This document shows positions 26,956 through 40,263 of a stretch of DNA of 64,000 nt, one piece after another. This DNA is from Yuukianura sp. NJ FZ-2021 (lineage: Eukaryota), in NCBI GenBank assembly GCA_046563655.1, contig CM102290.1, positions 620,001-684,000 on the forward strand. The letters are read 5' to 3'. A program made the translations under genes and the position numbers. Position 1 is the stretch's first letter. Each line of letters begins with the position of its first letter. The notes below the pieces were generated by a model. That model did not search any database. It was not told the DNA's origin and saw nothing but the letters and a program-made list of their open reading frames with translations.

Positions 26956-28044
26956 TAGTTCCTTCCCCTGTATTAAGGTGGGGGGAGCAGGGGGTGGAGG
27001 AATTCCTTCGTTGAAGATATTCTCTATCAAAAAAACTGGCTTTGATGTGACAAATAATTATTAAATTTAACAAGTTTGTCTTTAATTAGTAAAAAAAATT
27101 ACAATCTCCTTTTGCCCCTTGTACCTTACCCCTCCACAGCTTTGAAAACTTAGCAATCTAGAGATACACAGAAAATTGTTCAGGGAAACTCAGAATTTCA
27201 GATTTTTTTGCTCTTTCAAAATTTTTGAGACAAAAACAAGAATGTTAAACATAATCATAAATTATTGTAGACAATTTGTTTTGCCAACTTTGCTCTCTTT
27301 TTGGCTTTCCAAAAAAATGAAAACTTTAGGGAAAAAATGCCAGGGTTTATTCTTCATTCTCTGTACAACCCTTACAAAAAACTTGAGATAAAATGTGGCT
27401 ACTAATAAAACAGTTTATTCCATAGTCCATATCAACTTGTGGATAAAAATGCATAACATAAGAGTCTGTCGTTATTCTTACTTTATTCCATCATTCAATT
27501 ACAACAAGAAGTTAACTATAACAGTAAATTATGGTCAATTTAAATGCAAAATAAGTCTTACGTTGTACTACACGGCTACCAAAAAAAAAGTACTTCATGT
27601 CATAGAATAACTTTACTTTTTTTTTTGAAAAAACGAAAAAAAAAGTAATGGCTTTCACTTTTTTGAAGCCACTTTCTAGTAGGTTACTCACTGCCACAAG
27701 CCGTGGAATTTTTCCATTATATGGAACGAGAACCTTCTCTTTTTTTTGAAAAGTCTTTGGATTTTGGATGGATAAATGGAATTGTGGTATAAAATCGAAA
27801 TCACCTTTTTTGAATTTTCCTACAAAAATGAACAGGGAAAGAAAAAAAACTACTGGAAATTGTATAGTTACTTCCTGCATTACCATATTATAGGCTATCG
27901 ATACAAGAACATTCCATTCGAGCTTTTACTCTTACTTTTCCTTTCATGCTTTTACTTTTGCATACAACTTTTGTAACCTTGGCATCAATATAAGCAAGCT
28001 AACTTAACTTTTTTTTAAAGTTACTCCGTCTTTAGTTACTCCCT

Positions 28045-28290
28045 CACAGTGTCGCTGGAGATCCACTTTTTTCACATTTCGTCCACGGCTGGATATCCAG
28101 TGGAAGAAATGGACGAAATATTATTTTGTAATTTTAAATTTGATTTTTTTTTTTAATTTCGTGCTAAATTCTTAAATTCTTCCATCCACTAAAAGTTTCA
28201 TCCATTTCGGTTGCATTTCTTCCAGTGGATATCCAGTAGAAGTGGCAATTAAGCCACTGGACGGACATTTAAGCTTCCAGCACCACTGCT
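28045..28290. mobile_element. Degenerate MITE with long imperfect TIRs starting CACAGTG
   Basis: cacagtgtcgctggag...ctggatatccagtggaagaaatg vs catttcttccagtggatatccag...cttccagcaccactgc. Confidence 0.55.
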
Positions 28291-29996
28291 CTTTCCGAAA
28301 GCCATGAAGCTTTTTAGATTTGAGATTCCCTCCGAATGCAGCAAAAGTCAGTTTACGTTTTTTAGTTACTCCCTCCAAACTCCAGGAAGCTTTTTAGTTG
28401 TACTCCATTCAAATGTGAAGGGTTTTGTTTTTTTCCTTTTAGTTACTCCCTCCAATTGAAACCATTCTTGGTTTTTATTTTACCCTCAAAACTGCACTAA
28501 ACTTTTTTCTTTGTTTTTAGATACTCTCTCCACCGGTGGCGTCCAAATTCTTTTCTCTTGGAAATGAGGCATGTGTCAGAATTAAAGTTGAGTTGAGCAA
28601 TTAATCCTTCCGGTGTACTCAAAACCGTATCCTAAACACATTAAATTTTTATGGTCTCTTTTACAGTAATTACACTTTGAGCAACTTTTGTGGAACAATT
28701 TCATCACAACTTTCACACACAACGAAATACTAAACCCCTTCGTATTACTTTCTCTATTGTTTTAATAATAAATTTAACACTTTTCAAAACTTTAAACAAA
28801 CTAAAACCTTCATGTTCTAAAACAAACTTGCAAACTTCGGGCTAGAAACGAATTAAAAGTTTGAAGAAAAAGTTTTACAAAAATATCTACACTTGCTATC
28901 CAAATCATTAATTTCTTTTCGTAAGTAAAAAAAAACAAAGACTTCAAAGCAGGAATCTTGAACATACCAAATTTTATCAACTTTTTTAAATTTCATTTTT
29001 CGAACAGAGATTTATTTCTAAAAAAAAAGTATAACAGAAATGAAAAAGTGGTTGAACAGGATGTAAAAGTTGGCATAGAAAAGAGCTGCTTTAAGAAAAC
29101 CACATTTTTTTAGTACGAGCAATAAAGCACACAAGCAGTGCGGCATAAAATTTGGTTAGTGAAACGGAAAAAAAAACAATCAAAAATTTTTTCATAAAAA
29201 ATAAACTTTTGTTCAGAAAATAAAAACCAGAATAAAATTGATACACTCAAAAGTGTTTCGTCTGTGCGTCATTTTTGCCTTCTTTCAAAAAAAAAATTGT
29301 TATTTGGTGTATGTTTTTCTGTCGCATGTTAATACTTTCTAGAAAACTTTTATCTCTTTTTGTTTCTCTTTTGAAAAAAGAAACACAACAAAAAAAGAAA
29401 CGAAACAGGAAGAAAAAGATAAACATCTTCATAACAAAGAAAATTTATAAGCCTTGTGAGATTATATTGAACTTTCTCTTTTCATCAACCTTGTCAATAC
29501 AAGTTAAGGGCGAAGCTTTCATTCACTCTGGCCCAAAGGACATAATAACTTTCAGAAAAAAAAAACGAAAAAAAGTTCATACTTTCTCTTTCACCGCAGC
29601 CTTTCCTTTTCCTATCACCACTTATTATTTCACCGCGAAAAAAAAAAGTCGTTCGCCATTATCTCCTTTTGTTCATCCCACGCCTATTTTTTGTCTTATT
29701 CCATTTGAGAACAGAAAGCGTCGTGTTAACGTTAGGTTAACCTAACCTAACGGTTTTTTCTAATAAAACTTTTCTTTTTTGGGGTGATAACAAGGATTCT
29801 ACTTTTCCATCAGATCCCACAAACCCTAAATCCTTCAGATGACCACCATTTCTTTTATTCTTCGGATGAAGTCATAAGGTTTTGGATCTTCACAAAATAC
29901 GTCATCAGGGACAAGGGGTTGTTAGGGGGCGGGGGACAGAAAATAAACTGAAGCTGACACTTCAGGACCACATGAAAAAGTGTATTTGGTCTACCC

Positions 29997-30267
29997 CAAG
30001 GTTGTCGAAATCGAAATTTTGTTTGTTTTTTCTTAACAGGTTATACCATATAACTCCTTTTTTTCAAATTTTCAAATTTGTTGTTGTTATTTTGGTGCCA
30101 AAAAAATGGCTCAGGAAAGTAAGAATTGAAAAAATTAAAAGAATATTGTGAACATAAACATAATTGGTCCAAAATAAGGGTTGTTTTTACTTGTTTTGTA
30201 AAAAAAATCGGGGTTATGGCATAACCTGTTAGTGGGTTGTATGAATGGGTGTGCTATAGCAACCTTG
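29997..30267. mobile_element. CAAGG-family MITE, second subfamily
   Basis: caaggttgtcg...ttaacaggttataccatataactc ... ggttatggcataacctgttag...atagcaaccttg. Confidence 0.72.
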
Positions 30268-31203
30268 GTACCCCCCCCCCCCACCTTCCTCTAGTTCTAT
30301 GGCAAAGTTCTTCAACATTGTGTCTACTAACCCCCCCCCCCCTTTCTCTACCCCCCCCCCCCTCTCAGTTGGTTAAGCTTTTGTGTGATAGAGATTGTAT
30401 TGATTTATTAGACGTTATTAGGTTAGAGTCTGAAGTTGAACTCGATCAGACCTTTCGAATTTTATCCCAGCAGCAGAGTTCCAGATGCCAGTTTGAGTCA
30501 GAGTATCCGCCCGTTTGGGAAACTTTTTGGACAGGAGAGAAAATGGGTGCGCAGGGTGCTTTCTCCAGCATAGAATTTTCTCCAGCACAGAACTCTGTCA
30601 GAGAAAGTCTCCAGAAAAGGCAGTGAACCGTCATGGTTTGGTTTGGAACTGCTGGAAATGCTGGAATTTTGAAGCAGCTGCTGCTTGGGACGCTTCCTCC
30701 ACCTCCCACTGGCTTCTTTCTGTTCTGGAAGGAGCTTAAGGACTTTCCAAATGTAGAAAAATATGCTGGGTAGTTTAAGTCAGTCCACTCCATTAAACAG
30801 TCTAACACTGCTTCAATTGAATCACGTAATTTTTTGGAAGAAAAAAACGAATTTTCTGAGAATCTGGCCATTGAAGGCAAAAACAAAAAAAGAGACATTC
30901 AAACCATATGCCGTTGAAATTGTTTTAAAATTCCGAACTTTCTCTTTTATTTTTTTTCTTACTTTCGCTTTTATTTTTTTCCTTACTTTTTCACTATGCT
31001 GCTGGCAAGAACAAAAAGGGGGTGGGTTTTGATTTTTATAGACAGGCATATTCTTCTATATCACATTTTTTTGAAAAACAGTCCGGTGAATAGACTTTTT
31101 CAACACTTTTTGAAATTTTTAAAACAGCACGCCTTTGAAAAAGCTCGACACTTTCCTATCTCTTCCAGGTTTTTAGAATAAATGGGGACGGTGGTTCGAA
31201 GTC

Positions 31204-31372
31204 ATTAGAGGCGAAAACAATAAGCGCGAATTCCACAAAGTTGGCAATACTGAATCTACATTACCAGTGAAACCTAACACACCCTTTTAAAAAACTTAAC
31301 CTACGCCTCAACAAGTTTGAGTTCCCCTGTTGCCAACTTGCTGAATTCGCGCTTATTGTTTTCGCACTAATT
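31204..31372. mobile_element. Inverted-repeat element (approx. 40-bp arms); degenerate relative near 39995-40095
   Basis: gcgaaaacaataagcgcgaattc...aagttggcaa vs ttgccaactt...gaattcgcgcttattgttttcgc. The related cgaaaacaataatggcgaatt...gttggcaa occurs near 40005. Confidence 0.75.
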
Positions 31373-31644
31373 ACCTGATACGGTTCTTGTAATAACGGTG
31401 GCGTAAAAGTTGAACAAAATATGGAGGGGTAAATATGACACTTGAGTTTTGATTGTCTCTGACTCAAAAACTTATTAATTAACTAATTAATTAAGTTCAA
31501 TTCCTTAAAAATACAAACAAAAACATCGTTTTTTGGGTAAAAACAAAAAAAAAAGTTTAAAAAAGTGATTAGTTACGTGACTTAATTTAACCATATGCAT
31601 ATCCAGTTACTTGTGCGTCTGTTATACTGATGAGTTTTGAACAA

Positions 31645-31885
31645 AGTTCCCTGATTGGTTCCCTGCTGTTGGCAACACAGCTGTCCTGATTCGTTCCCGG
31701 CTTCTCTCAGCTGTTCTGATTGGTTCCTCGTGTCTCTCAGTCCTGATTGGTTCTTAATTTCTCTCAAATAGACTGTCCTGATTGGTTCCTCGTTTCTTTC
31801 AGCTGTCCTGATTGGTTCCTGGTTTCTCTCAGCTGGACTGTCCTGATTGGCTGCCGTATTTGAAAAGAGCTTTCCTGATTGGTTG
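31645..31885. repeat. Degenerate tandem repeat of ctgtcctgattggttcc, about 8 copies, directly after the tetraspan stop codon
   Basis: ctgattggtt-type cores recur at roughly 25-40-bp spacing between 31650 and 31883. Confidence 0.85.
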
Positions 31886-31892
31886 AGGACGT

Positions 31893-34800
31893 TCAAACTT
31901 CAGTTGACTGAGTTTGAATCCTTACTTTCTTTAAGCTGCCCGTCCTTGACAAGGTGGGTGATGTGCCGCTGAACCCTGGATTTTGAATTCCAAAAGCATC
32001 ATCAACAGTTGAGGTGGGGGTGGTTGCAGAATGTGACTTTTTGAGGGAGGAGCGAAGTGGGCCACGGGGATTGGACGACAGGGAGGCAGCAGTGGACATT
32101 GTTGACATTGAGAAGCTGGACAAGGTGGACCCATTGGACGTGGGTGACGTACTTCGCACACTGCCTGCTCCACCGTTGTTCCACGTTAGGGTAGACTGAG
32201 AATGAGATTCGTTGGGTTTAGTCTTTGGTGGGACAGTTTGGTGGGACGTGGGTTTTTTGGTGGGTTTGAGCGGTTTCTTAGACGTGGAGGTGGGAGTGAG
32301 TGACAACGTAGACGCAGGATGACCTGGCGGCATAACAACTGACCTCCGCTGACCTCTCTTGGCAGAGAGTTGGCGGGCAAGCTCAAGACGAGACAAGGTT
32401 GGGTTGGGAATGGCTTCGGGAGACAAAACAAGACGAACACTGGACTGTGTCATGGCAATACCATTCGTGGTCAGTCGATGACTTTGACTGTCCAGTTCAT
32501 CTTGGAATCCCGGATTGCTGATTGTTGTGCCCATCAACCCGTTTCTGGGTTTTTCGTTTTTCCTGTGGCCCAAATACCCCTCCATAATGTGATGACCAGG
32601 CGGAAGACGACGGGCTATAAGATACTCCATGATTGTCAAAAGGAGCAAAATGGCACAGAATGTGGCCACAATTATCTAGATGTGGGAAAAACAAAAGTGA
32701 CAATTAGAGGCGGTTTAATTAAATTTAATTAAAACTAACATAAATTTTCCAGGAGGTTGTCACGGTTCGTCTTACCTCCAAGTAAAAACAGACGCTCCAC
32801 TCCACAATAATTCCTTTCTCCAAGTCATCTTGTTGCGTCGCAAAAAGACAAACTCCCACAACAGTCAGGAGTACTAAAATAACATGGAAAAATAACAACT
32901 TGAAACACAAGAACTTCAAATTATTTTTCCCCGCTTCAAGTCTGCACGATTTCGCGTTTCACCATTTTTTAACTCTGTAGGAGTAAATTAAAATTCTAGT
33001 CTCGCTTTTAAGACACCACAGACATAATCTCAGTTTTTCCCTAGGTTCTTAAACAAAAAGAAAACTTTTTCTACACCAGGTTATCCAATAACTCCAAGTT
33101 TTCAAATTTGTTTCAAAGTAGCAAATCTGCCTTTCTGTGGTAATTTTTTGCATGAAATCTAAATGCGATTGGTGCTAAAAGTTGCTTGAAGCAAGATTGT
33201 TGAAAACCCTGAGTTATCGAACAACCTGTTGTAGGAAATACAATTCGGTGGTCATTAACCTTGGTTTTTCGCGAATCGACGTTTTTGCGGTTTTTGAATT
33301 TTCTGATGAAAAGAGAAGAACTAATTTCGCTTTTTAACAATCCTCAAACTCAATATACGCTTTCGCTCTGTTCGAATTTTCACGTTTTCGCGTTTCGGCA
33401 TTTTTTTTATAACTTTCGCGATCTAACTACGTCCAGAAGTAATGATTTCTGATTTCAATTTTTTTTTGTGTTATGTTGCCTACTCTGACTATGGTCCGAT
33501 CCATGTTATGTTATGTTACCGCGTTGGTACGTTACAAAGACGTTACAGTGGAACGGCATTGCGCCTCACTGACTCAATTCTCGTCCAGTTAGTCCAGACG
33601 TCTACTCCAGCAGAAAGACGTCAATTACAGTTTCATGGAAACATGTCAAAAATGAAGTAAAATTATTTTTGGTGCGGAGGTGGACGGACAGATTCTTACG
33701 CTTCACTTCATTTCTCTTTGCTTTTGCAAAAAATGACTAACAAGAGAAAACAGTTGTAATTGTGTTACATTGCAACTTTTTCCAGGTGAGAGTTAATTGG
33801 CTTCATTTAATTTCCAGGGAATTTCAAAAAAAAAAAAAATGAAAAAAGAGAGCAAATAAGAAAGTTATGGAAAAGTGAAAGTCATGAATAATTGTCACCA
33901 GAAGAAAAAAAAAATTGACATTTTGGAACTAAACTCATTTCATTCAAATTAAATTTTTCTATTGTGTACCATACATTGGAAAATGAAGGAGCAAGCAAAA
34001 AGTTTTTTTGATGAATAAGTAATTTTTTTTCGAAATTCAAAAAGGAAAGTTATTTCAGGAAAAGTAGCGCATGTTGTAACACTTATTTTCAAAAAAAAAA
34101 CGAAGAACGAAAGACATTAGTTCCGGGTAAAAAAAATTAAAGTCAATTTTGAAAATAGTTTTTGGAAAAAAAAAGTTACCTTATTGTCCCAAAATTGTCC
34201 CCAAAAACAAGTCATTTCGAAAGATAAATAAAATTTTTGTTTTTTGGAAAAGTCATTTCCTGTTGCTTATCAAAATTCCAATTCATTGCCGGTAAACTTT
34301 GAAAATCCGGAAAAACGAAACACTTTAGTAATGGACTTAATGGAAAATAAGTGAGGTGGAATTTAGTACACCCGGAAACATTTGTGCCATTCATGAGCAT
34401 GGCTATCTTCCTTTCACCTCCGTCTGGACACATTTTCATTTAAAATTTTCACAGGTTTGTATTCCCGCGCGGTATTTCAAGCCCTGCCCCATCCGATCAG
34501 CGCATACAAGGTTTGTTGACTTTGATTTTCCTTAACAGGTTGGGTAATACCTCATGTTTTTTTTTTTTGATTTTGCAAAAAAAAAAAGTAACCTTTTATT
34601 TCAGAGCATCGTAGTCATAACAATACAGCCGAATTTTTTGAATTTTGTATACGAATTGGTACCATTTTTTGGAGTGGTACTAAAATTGGTACCATTTTTT
34701 TTTTCTTTTCTTTTTTTGTCAACAAGCGAGGTAGTACCCAACCTGTTAAAGAAAATTCGCTTTTTATTGTCAAGAAACCGTGAGCCGTTTCTGGTTTACT

Positions 34801-37552
34801 TACCCCCAACGACGCCGTTAATCACTTTGATCGTCGCAAGTGTAAAATGTGACACCAAGATTTTGGACCGATAGCACTGAATTAGAAGCTGCAGCGCTGA
34901 GGCTAGGCAGAGCAATCCAATCGCCACTACAGCAATTGACGAACAGATTCCGCCAACAAAAACACCAACTAAAAACATTCCAAAAATTTCAAAAAGTTTT
35001 TACTTTAATTTCAAATTCAAATCGAAAATCAAAATCTGGGAGGAATTTCAACGGGAAACAAGGCAAGGCTTTTAAAAATAACACAAAAGAAGGAATTTTG
35101 AGAAAAGCACTTAAAATTATTAAAACTATTTTAATGACATGTTAAGTTAGGCGCACAGTGGAGCCGTTGAGAACTTTTTTGCCATAATAATGCTTATAGC
35201 TCCCAGGCATTTCAGTCCCCCCTCACTCCCACCAACGTATGGAAAATTAAGTGGAGCTGGAGCCGTAACGCTTTGAGTGCTTTTGTGAAGCGTCCTTGTT
35301 TGTTAGCCTCTTATTCTCAGATCCTCCGAAACCATTAAGAAGTGGGTTGTTCCTCATTTCATTTCGAAGAGAAGCCGTTACAAATAAAAGAAAAGCCCTG
35401 TTGTGCCCTAATCCTTTACGCTGGAACAGGAAAGACGCTGGAAAGCGGCTGGAAGACGCTGGAAAGGATTACAGCGACCAGGGAACCACCCAAACCCTCA
35501 AGCGACAGAGACGCTCCAGAGCGGATTTCCAAATTAGGATATGGGATGAAGGTAAAAGTAAAAAAAAAAAGAGAACAAGCGGTAGAAGGTAAAACTTCTT
35601 TTATTTGGTTGAAAGCACAACAAATTTCGAAATTCGAATTTCAAAAAACAAAGTTGAAGAGCGCGGTAAGGTAAAAACATTTGAAATTAAAAACAAGTGT
35701 GGATTTTGAGTGAAAAACTTACAACTTGGTTTGAAACTGGAGACGTAGCTGCCACATGACGTTTTCCCGTAGCCCATGTCGCGGCACACCGTCCACGGTC
35801 CAAAGGTCCCTTTTTCATCGCCTTTTCAAAAAAAATGTAATTTTGAATTTTGGAAATCCAGTTTTTGAAAATTTTTTGGTCATCAGCTTTAACTTATAAA
35901 AATATTCAAACCGCGTCTGTGCGGTATCCAAGGTTTCTTAACAACGAAAAGTTACTTTTCCTCAACAGGTTGGGTAATACTTCGCATGTAGACAGAAAAA
36001 CAGAAAAAAACAAAAATTGGTACCAATTTTTGTATCAATCCCAAAAATTCCTACAAATTCGTATTCAAAATTTAAAAAATTCGCCTGTATTGTTATTACT
36101 ACAATGCCCTGAAATCAAAGGGCGCATGTTTTTTTGCAAAATAAAAAAAACATGAGGTATTACCCAACCTGTTAAAGAGAATCAAAGTCAACAAACCTTA
36201 CGCAAACCCAGAAAATCGCTCCGGAGAACCCAAAAAAGATGTTGCGGAGAAACTTTTTTTTGCTGGTGTTCTCCGGGCTTAAAAAGAAAATTTAAGCAAA
36301 TTAAATTCTGTTTTACGCGTCAACATTTAAGCTGCATTTTTATTTTTCAATTTTTTTTAAATTTTTCAAAAAATTTGTAATTCAAAATGGTTCATCAGCA
36401 GATTGAAGTTTAAAAAAGGAAGCCTCTGGAGAAAGCTGTGTTGATTTTTACGGTCTTAGAATTTTCAATTGTTATGAAAATGGCAAATGACGCTTACGCT
36501 TTAGTAAATTTTTTTTCCGAAACGTGTTTTGGATGTGAGATTTTGAAAGTAACTGTTTTGCCTGTACTTTTTCAAAGTTTCTCGCAAAACGTCATAAGTA
36601 CAAATGTTGTTTGGCGACATATGTCGCCACCAAAAATGGTTTGCGACATTAGAACACATTTACAAACCCATGTGGCCCAAATGTATCTTTCTACGACTCA
36701 TCCACAACATTTGCCATGATCAGATTTCCACTTTTTCAAAAAAAGTGCTTTCATATTTTTTTTCTCTAACTTTTGTACTTTGAAAACGCTTTTGTACGGA
36801 TATGTGTCACAGTACAAACGACCTAAAAATTGATTTTTTCAATCTTATCATTTTGGCTTGGCCTCAAAAAACTATCATGACCGCATCGATCATACATAAA
36901 GTGGAGCCACCAGTTGGCTTTATCACTCACACGCAAAACTGTTCAAAAAAAAATTCAAACAAAAAACTTTCGAAATTGAACAAACTGAAAGTTAGGCCTC
37001 AAGTAAACAAACCGACCTGAGCTTGTTCAAACATAACCAAAAAATTGAAAAACAGAATCAAAAAATTGGTTAAAAACTTCCAAAAACTCTTGCTTGACAA
37101 AGAACAAAACCAATTTTAAAATTGATGGATGGATTTAATCCAACCTAAAAAAAATGCAAAATAAAATCTAAATAAACAAAAGTTGAAAAAAAATTGGAAA
37201 TGCAAAACTGTCGGTACTAAATTTTTGGGCGTGGCTTTCACCTATGGATGACTCATATCAAACTCAAGTGCGTAGAAATTTGCAATTCCTAAAAAAATTC
37301 GCCAATTCCCACCGAACTATAGAAATCACGATTACCTGCCTACTTAAACTAATTACTTGGAATTCAGAAATTTTTAAATTTTAAAATGTGAATTTCAAAA
37401 TTTTGAAAGTTAGGGTTACTGAACTTACGAACTCTGTTTCTAAAAGTGCCCCAACTGGGAAGAACTAAGGCAACAGTACCCAGGAGGAAACAGGCTCCAG
37501 ACAAGGACAGGACAGACACACACAAAATGAACGGAACGTACACACTGTCCAT
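31893..37552 (-). CDS. Claudin/PMP22-superfamily tetraspan membrane protein with long Ser/Thr-rich cytoplasmic tail; exons approx. 37552-37428, 35821-35725, 34975-34804, 32881-32777, 32678-31893
   Basis: TM1 ending ALVLPSWGTF; extracellular GTFGPWTVC...SC (W-GxW-C-C signature); three more hydrophobic segments; tail ends KKVRIQTQSTEV*. Confidence 0.75.
34507..34782. mobile_element. CAAGG-family MITE (inverted orientation)
   Basis: caaggtttgttgactttgattttccttaacaggttgggtaatacctcatg ... aacctgttaaagaaaat...gtcaagaaaccgtg. Confidence 0.85.
35929..36200. mobile_element. CAAGG-family MITE
   Basis: caaggtttcttaacaac...aacaggttgggtaatac ... catgaggtattacccaacctgttaaagagaatcaaagtcaacaaacctta. Confidence 0.85.
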
Positions 37553-38054
37553 GTCAACCGCAACGCCTAACCTGGTCACCCTAACATTTGACCCGTGTCA
37601 CAACACCTTGGTCACGCATTGTCAACTGGCAGTTCACTAGGCTTAAAAATTATAAACTAAAAAGCACCAATTAGTTTCCGATTTGTGGAAAATAAAAAGA
37701 CGTCCACTGATCACAGAGCGACTAGCAAATTAACTGACAAACCTAACTGTAAAAGCCTAATGCTTCTCACCATATTCACACGGAACTGGGTACTAAAAGA
37801 CTAAAAAGACTATGCCTCTAATGCCATAAGTTATAGTACTAACATAGGATTTGCAAAGTGGAGGTAACATGGGGAGGGGACCATTGGCAAGGTTACCACA
37901 ACACAAACACAACCACCACCAGTGCCAAATTCCTCCGTCTATTGTTGCATCTTCTCCCTGTTTTCGTAGCCACACACTCACGAACGGCAATTGGCGTACC
38001 AAGATCCTTCACAACCGTTCAGTTATGGACCGTGCACGGTGACTTTATGAACAG

Positions 38055-38316
38055 CAAGTTTCGTTGACTTTGATTTTCTTTAACAGGTTGAGTAATACCT
38101 CATTTTTTTTGATTTTGCAAAAAAAGAGTTCCTTTCATTTCATGGTATCGTAGTCATCATAACAATACAGCCGAATTCTTTTAACTTTACATGCAAAATT
38201 TGTATTACATTCAAGTTGTATTACAATTGATACCAATTTTTTTTCATTTTTTGTCAACAAGCGAGGTAGTATCCAAGATGTTAAAGAAAATTCATTTTTG
38301 TTGTCAAGCAACCTTG
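38055..38316. mobile_element. CAAGG-family MITE (inverted orientation)
   Basis: gttgactttgattttctttaacaggttgagtaatacctcat ... gttaaagaaaattcatttttgttgtcaagcaaccttg. Confidence 0.85.
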
Positions 38317-40263
38317 ATGAAACCTGACGTTTGCATACTTTTAGGGCAGGTTTGGCCAGATCCTGTCTGTTTTTATAACTGTATCGTCTGCAAATGACCG
38401 TGCACGAGTGTCCGGGAATCATGTTCTGCTTCCCCCAAAATGGGGATTGCAATATAGCAAAAACGGCCCCACCCAGAACGCCCTCGGGGCGGTGGGGTCC
38501 ACGCACTTGGAACTTAACATAGCTTTGTGTTCCCTGCGTTTGTCCGTCCGAGGCCGACCACTCACTTACGCTCGAGTGACTCAATGTCATCTCTCGCATT
38601 TTTACTTTCATTGTCATAAAAACAATAAGGTTAAGTGGAGGGTGGGGGGGGGAAGGGAAGGAAGGGGGGGGGGGTCCAGAACTGGATTCCTATTTAGTTC
38701 AACTTATACGCACTTTCAACCTTGTCAATTGTTTCCACGTGGCATGGCGTTTCAACAACAATGACTAAAATGCGTTTGAATTTTAAAAATATAACAATTG
38801 CTTTCACTTTTTTACTTTCTCTTTTCTGCAGAAAAGTACCACCAAAATACTCCAAATTAGAAATTTTGAACAAAGGTTAGCAAAAACATGAAAAACAGGA
38901 ACAATGTATAGTTTCATTTCATCAAAACATGACTAAAAAAGGAGTATAAAAAAGTTTCAAAGTTTTTGTTGCATCCACTCCAGGTTTTAACATCCTGTAG
39001 GACACTTCAAAAACTTCACCTTGCATCCAATCCATTCAATTAACATGAAAATGAAGCTCCCCCTCTACTCCATTCAGCTCCAACCTCATCTGCCACGCTA
39101 CAAAAAATCCAAATGTTATTGACCTCACTTTTCCCAGAATTAGTTTTTTGTTGCATAAACAACCGGAATCCGTCTCTTAAAAGTAACAACGACAGAGTCA
39201 TCCTCTTTACATTAACAACATTAAGCTTAGTCTCTGGAACTCCACCCAATTTGATTTCTGACACTTCAAACAAAAAATGACTTTTCTGAAGATTAGGCAG
39301 TGCATAGTGCTATGCAGAAAAAAAGAACTTTAAATGGACACCTCACACGTCAACTATTAACTCATGAAAACGTAACAAATTGAATGCGTTTTAAAACTTG
39401 ATATGTGGAACGAAATCTTAAAAAACCACCGAAAGTTTTTCTGTTAAAATTTCGCCCTCTCAAAATTCTCTTAAAAATATTTCCTCTAAATTTACTTATT
39501 TTAATAATCCTCGTGATAAAACCGTCATTACTTATAAAACGACAAATTTTGAAAATAAGGAGAAAAACTTGTTGTTTTTTTTCGGTTTGTATAATAACAA
39601 AGAAGTCTTGGTACTTGAACCAGCGTGACTTACGAGCACCTCGCCCGCAGTTTCAAACTTCAGCATCAAGGATTGTGTCAAATCCATAAAACTTTTCAGA
39701 ATAAGTGGAAATTGTTAAATTTAAACCATTAAACCTGCAGATTTTGTTCTAAAAAGAACAAAATCTAATTCAATTAGAACACTAGTAAATAATAACCAAG
39801 TAGTATTTTTATTACTAGTAACCAATAGTCATATAATAGTTACCTAACCAAAAAACGAGAAAAGTACAGTAGGTTCTCTCATATTGCAACATTCTTTTTT
39901 TTTTCGGAGAACCAAAAGTTCCTTTAGGGAGTCCAACTTTAAGCAAATCAGCTGTTGGCATTTGAAGCGGTGCAGCGCCTCTGACACCGATTTGAGGTCA
40001 TTACCTCGAAAACAATAATGGCGAATTACACATGTTGGCAACATTGAACAGTACGATTCACTTCCACTGTTGCCAACTGGCCGAATTTGCGTCTATCTAA
40101 CCAATCAATCACAACGTGTTGCTATTTGAGATGGTCTACTGTAGAACATAAGTAATTCAACTAACAAGAAGTATTTAGCCCTACACAAGAAATTTGACGA
40201 TACTGGCTAAACCTTGAAAATAAATACGGAATAATGATAGTATAAATTAGTTTACGTGTAATT

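Noticed and set aside
25220..29745. Many Phe/Lys/Leu-rich ORFs of 60-160 aa in AT-rich stretches (also elsewhere in 14-39 kb)
   Set aside because: These are translations of poly-A/T intronic or intergenic DNA and MITEs, mostly with non-ATG starts.
30446..30898. 150-aa minus-strand ORF and overlapping plus-strand ORFs
   Set aside because: No recognisable domain or convincing splice partners; may be UTR or non-coding sequence.
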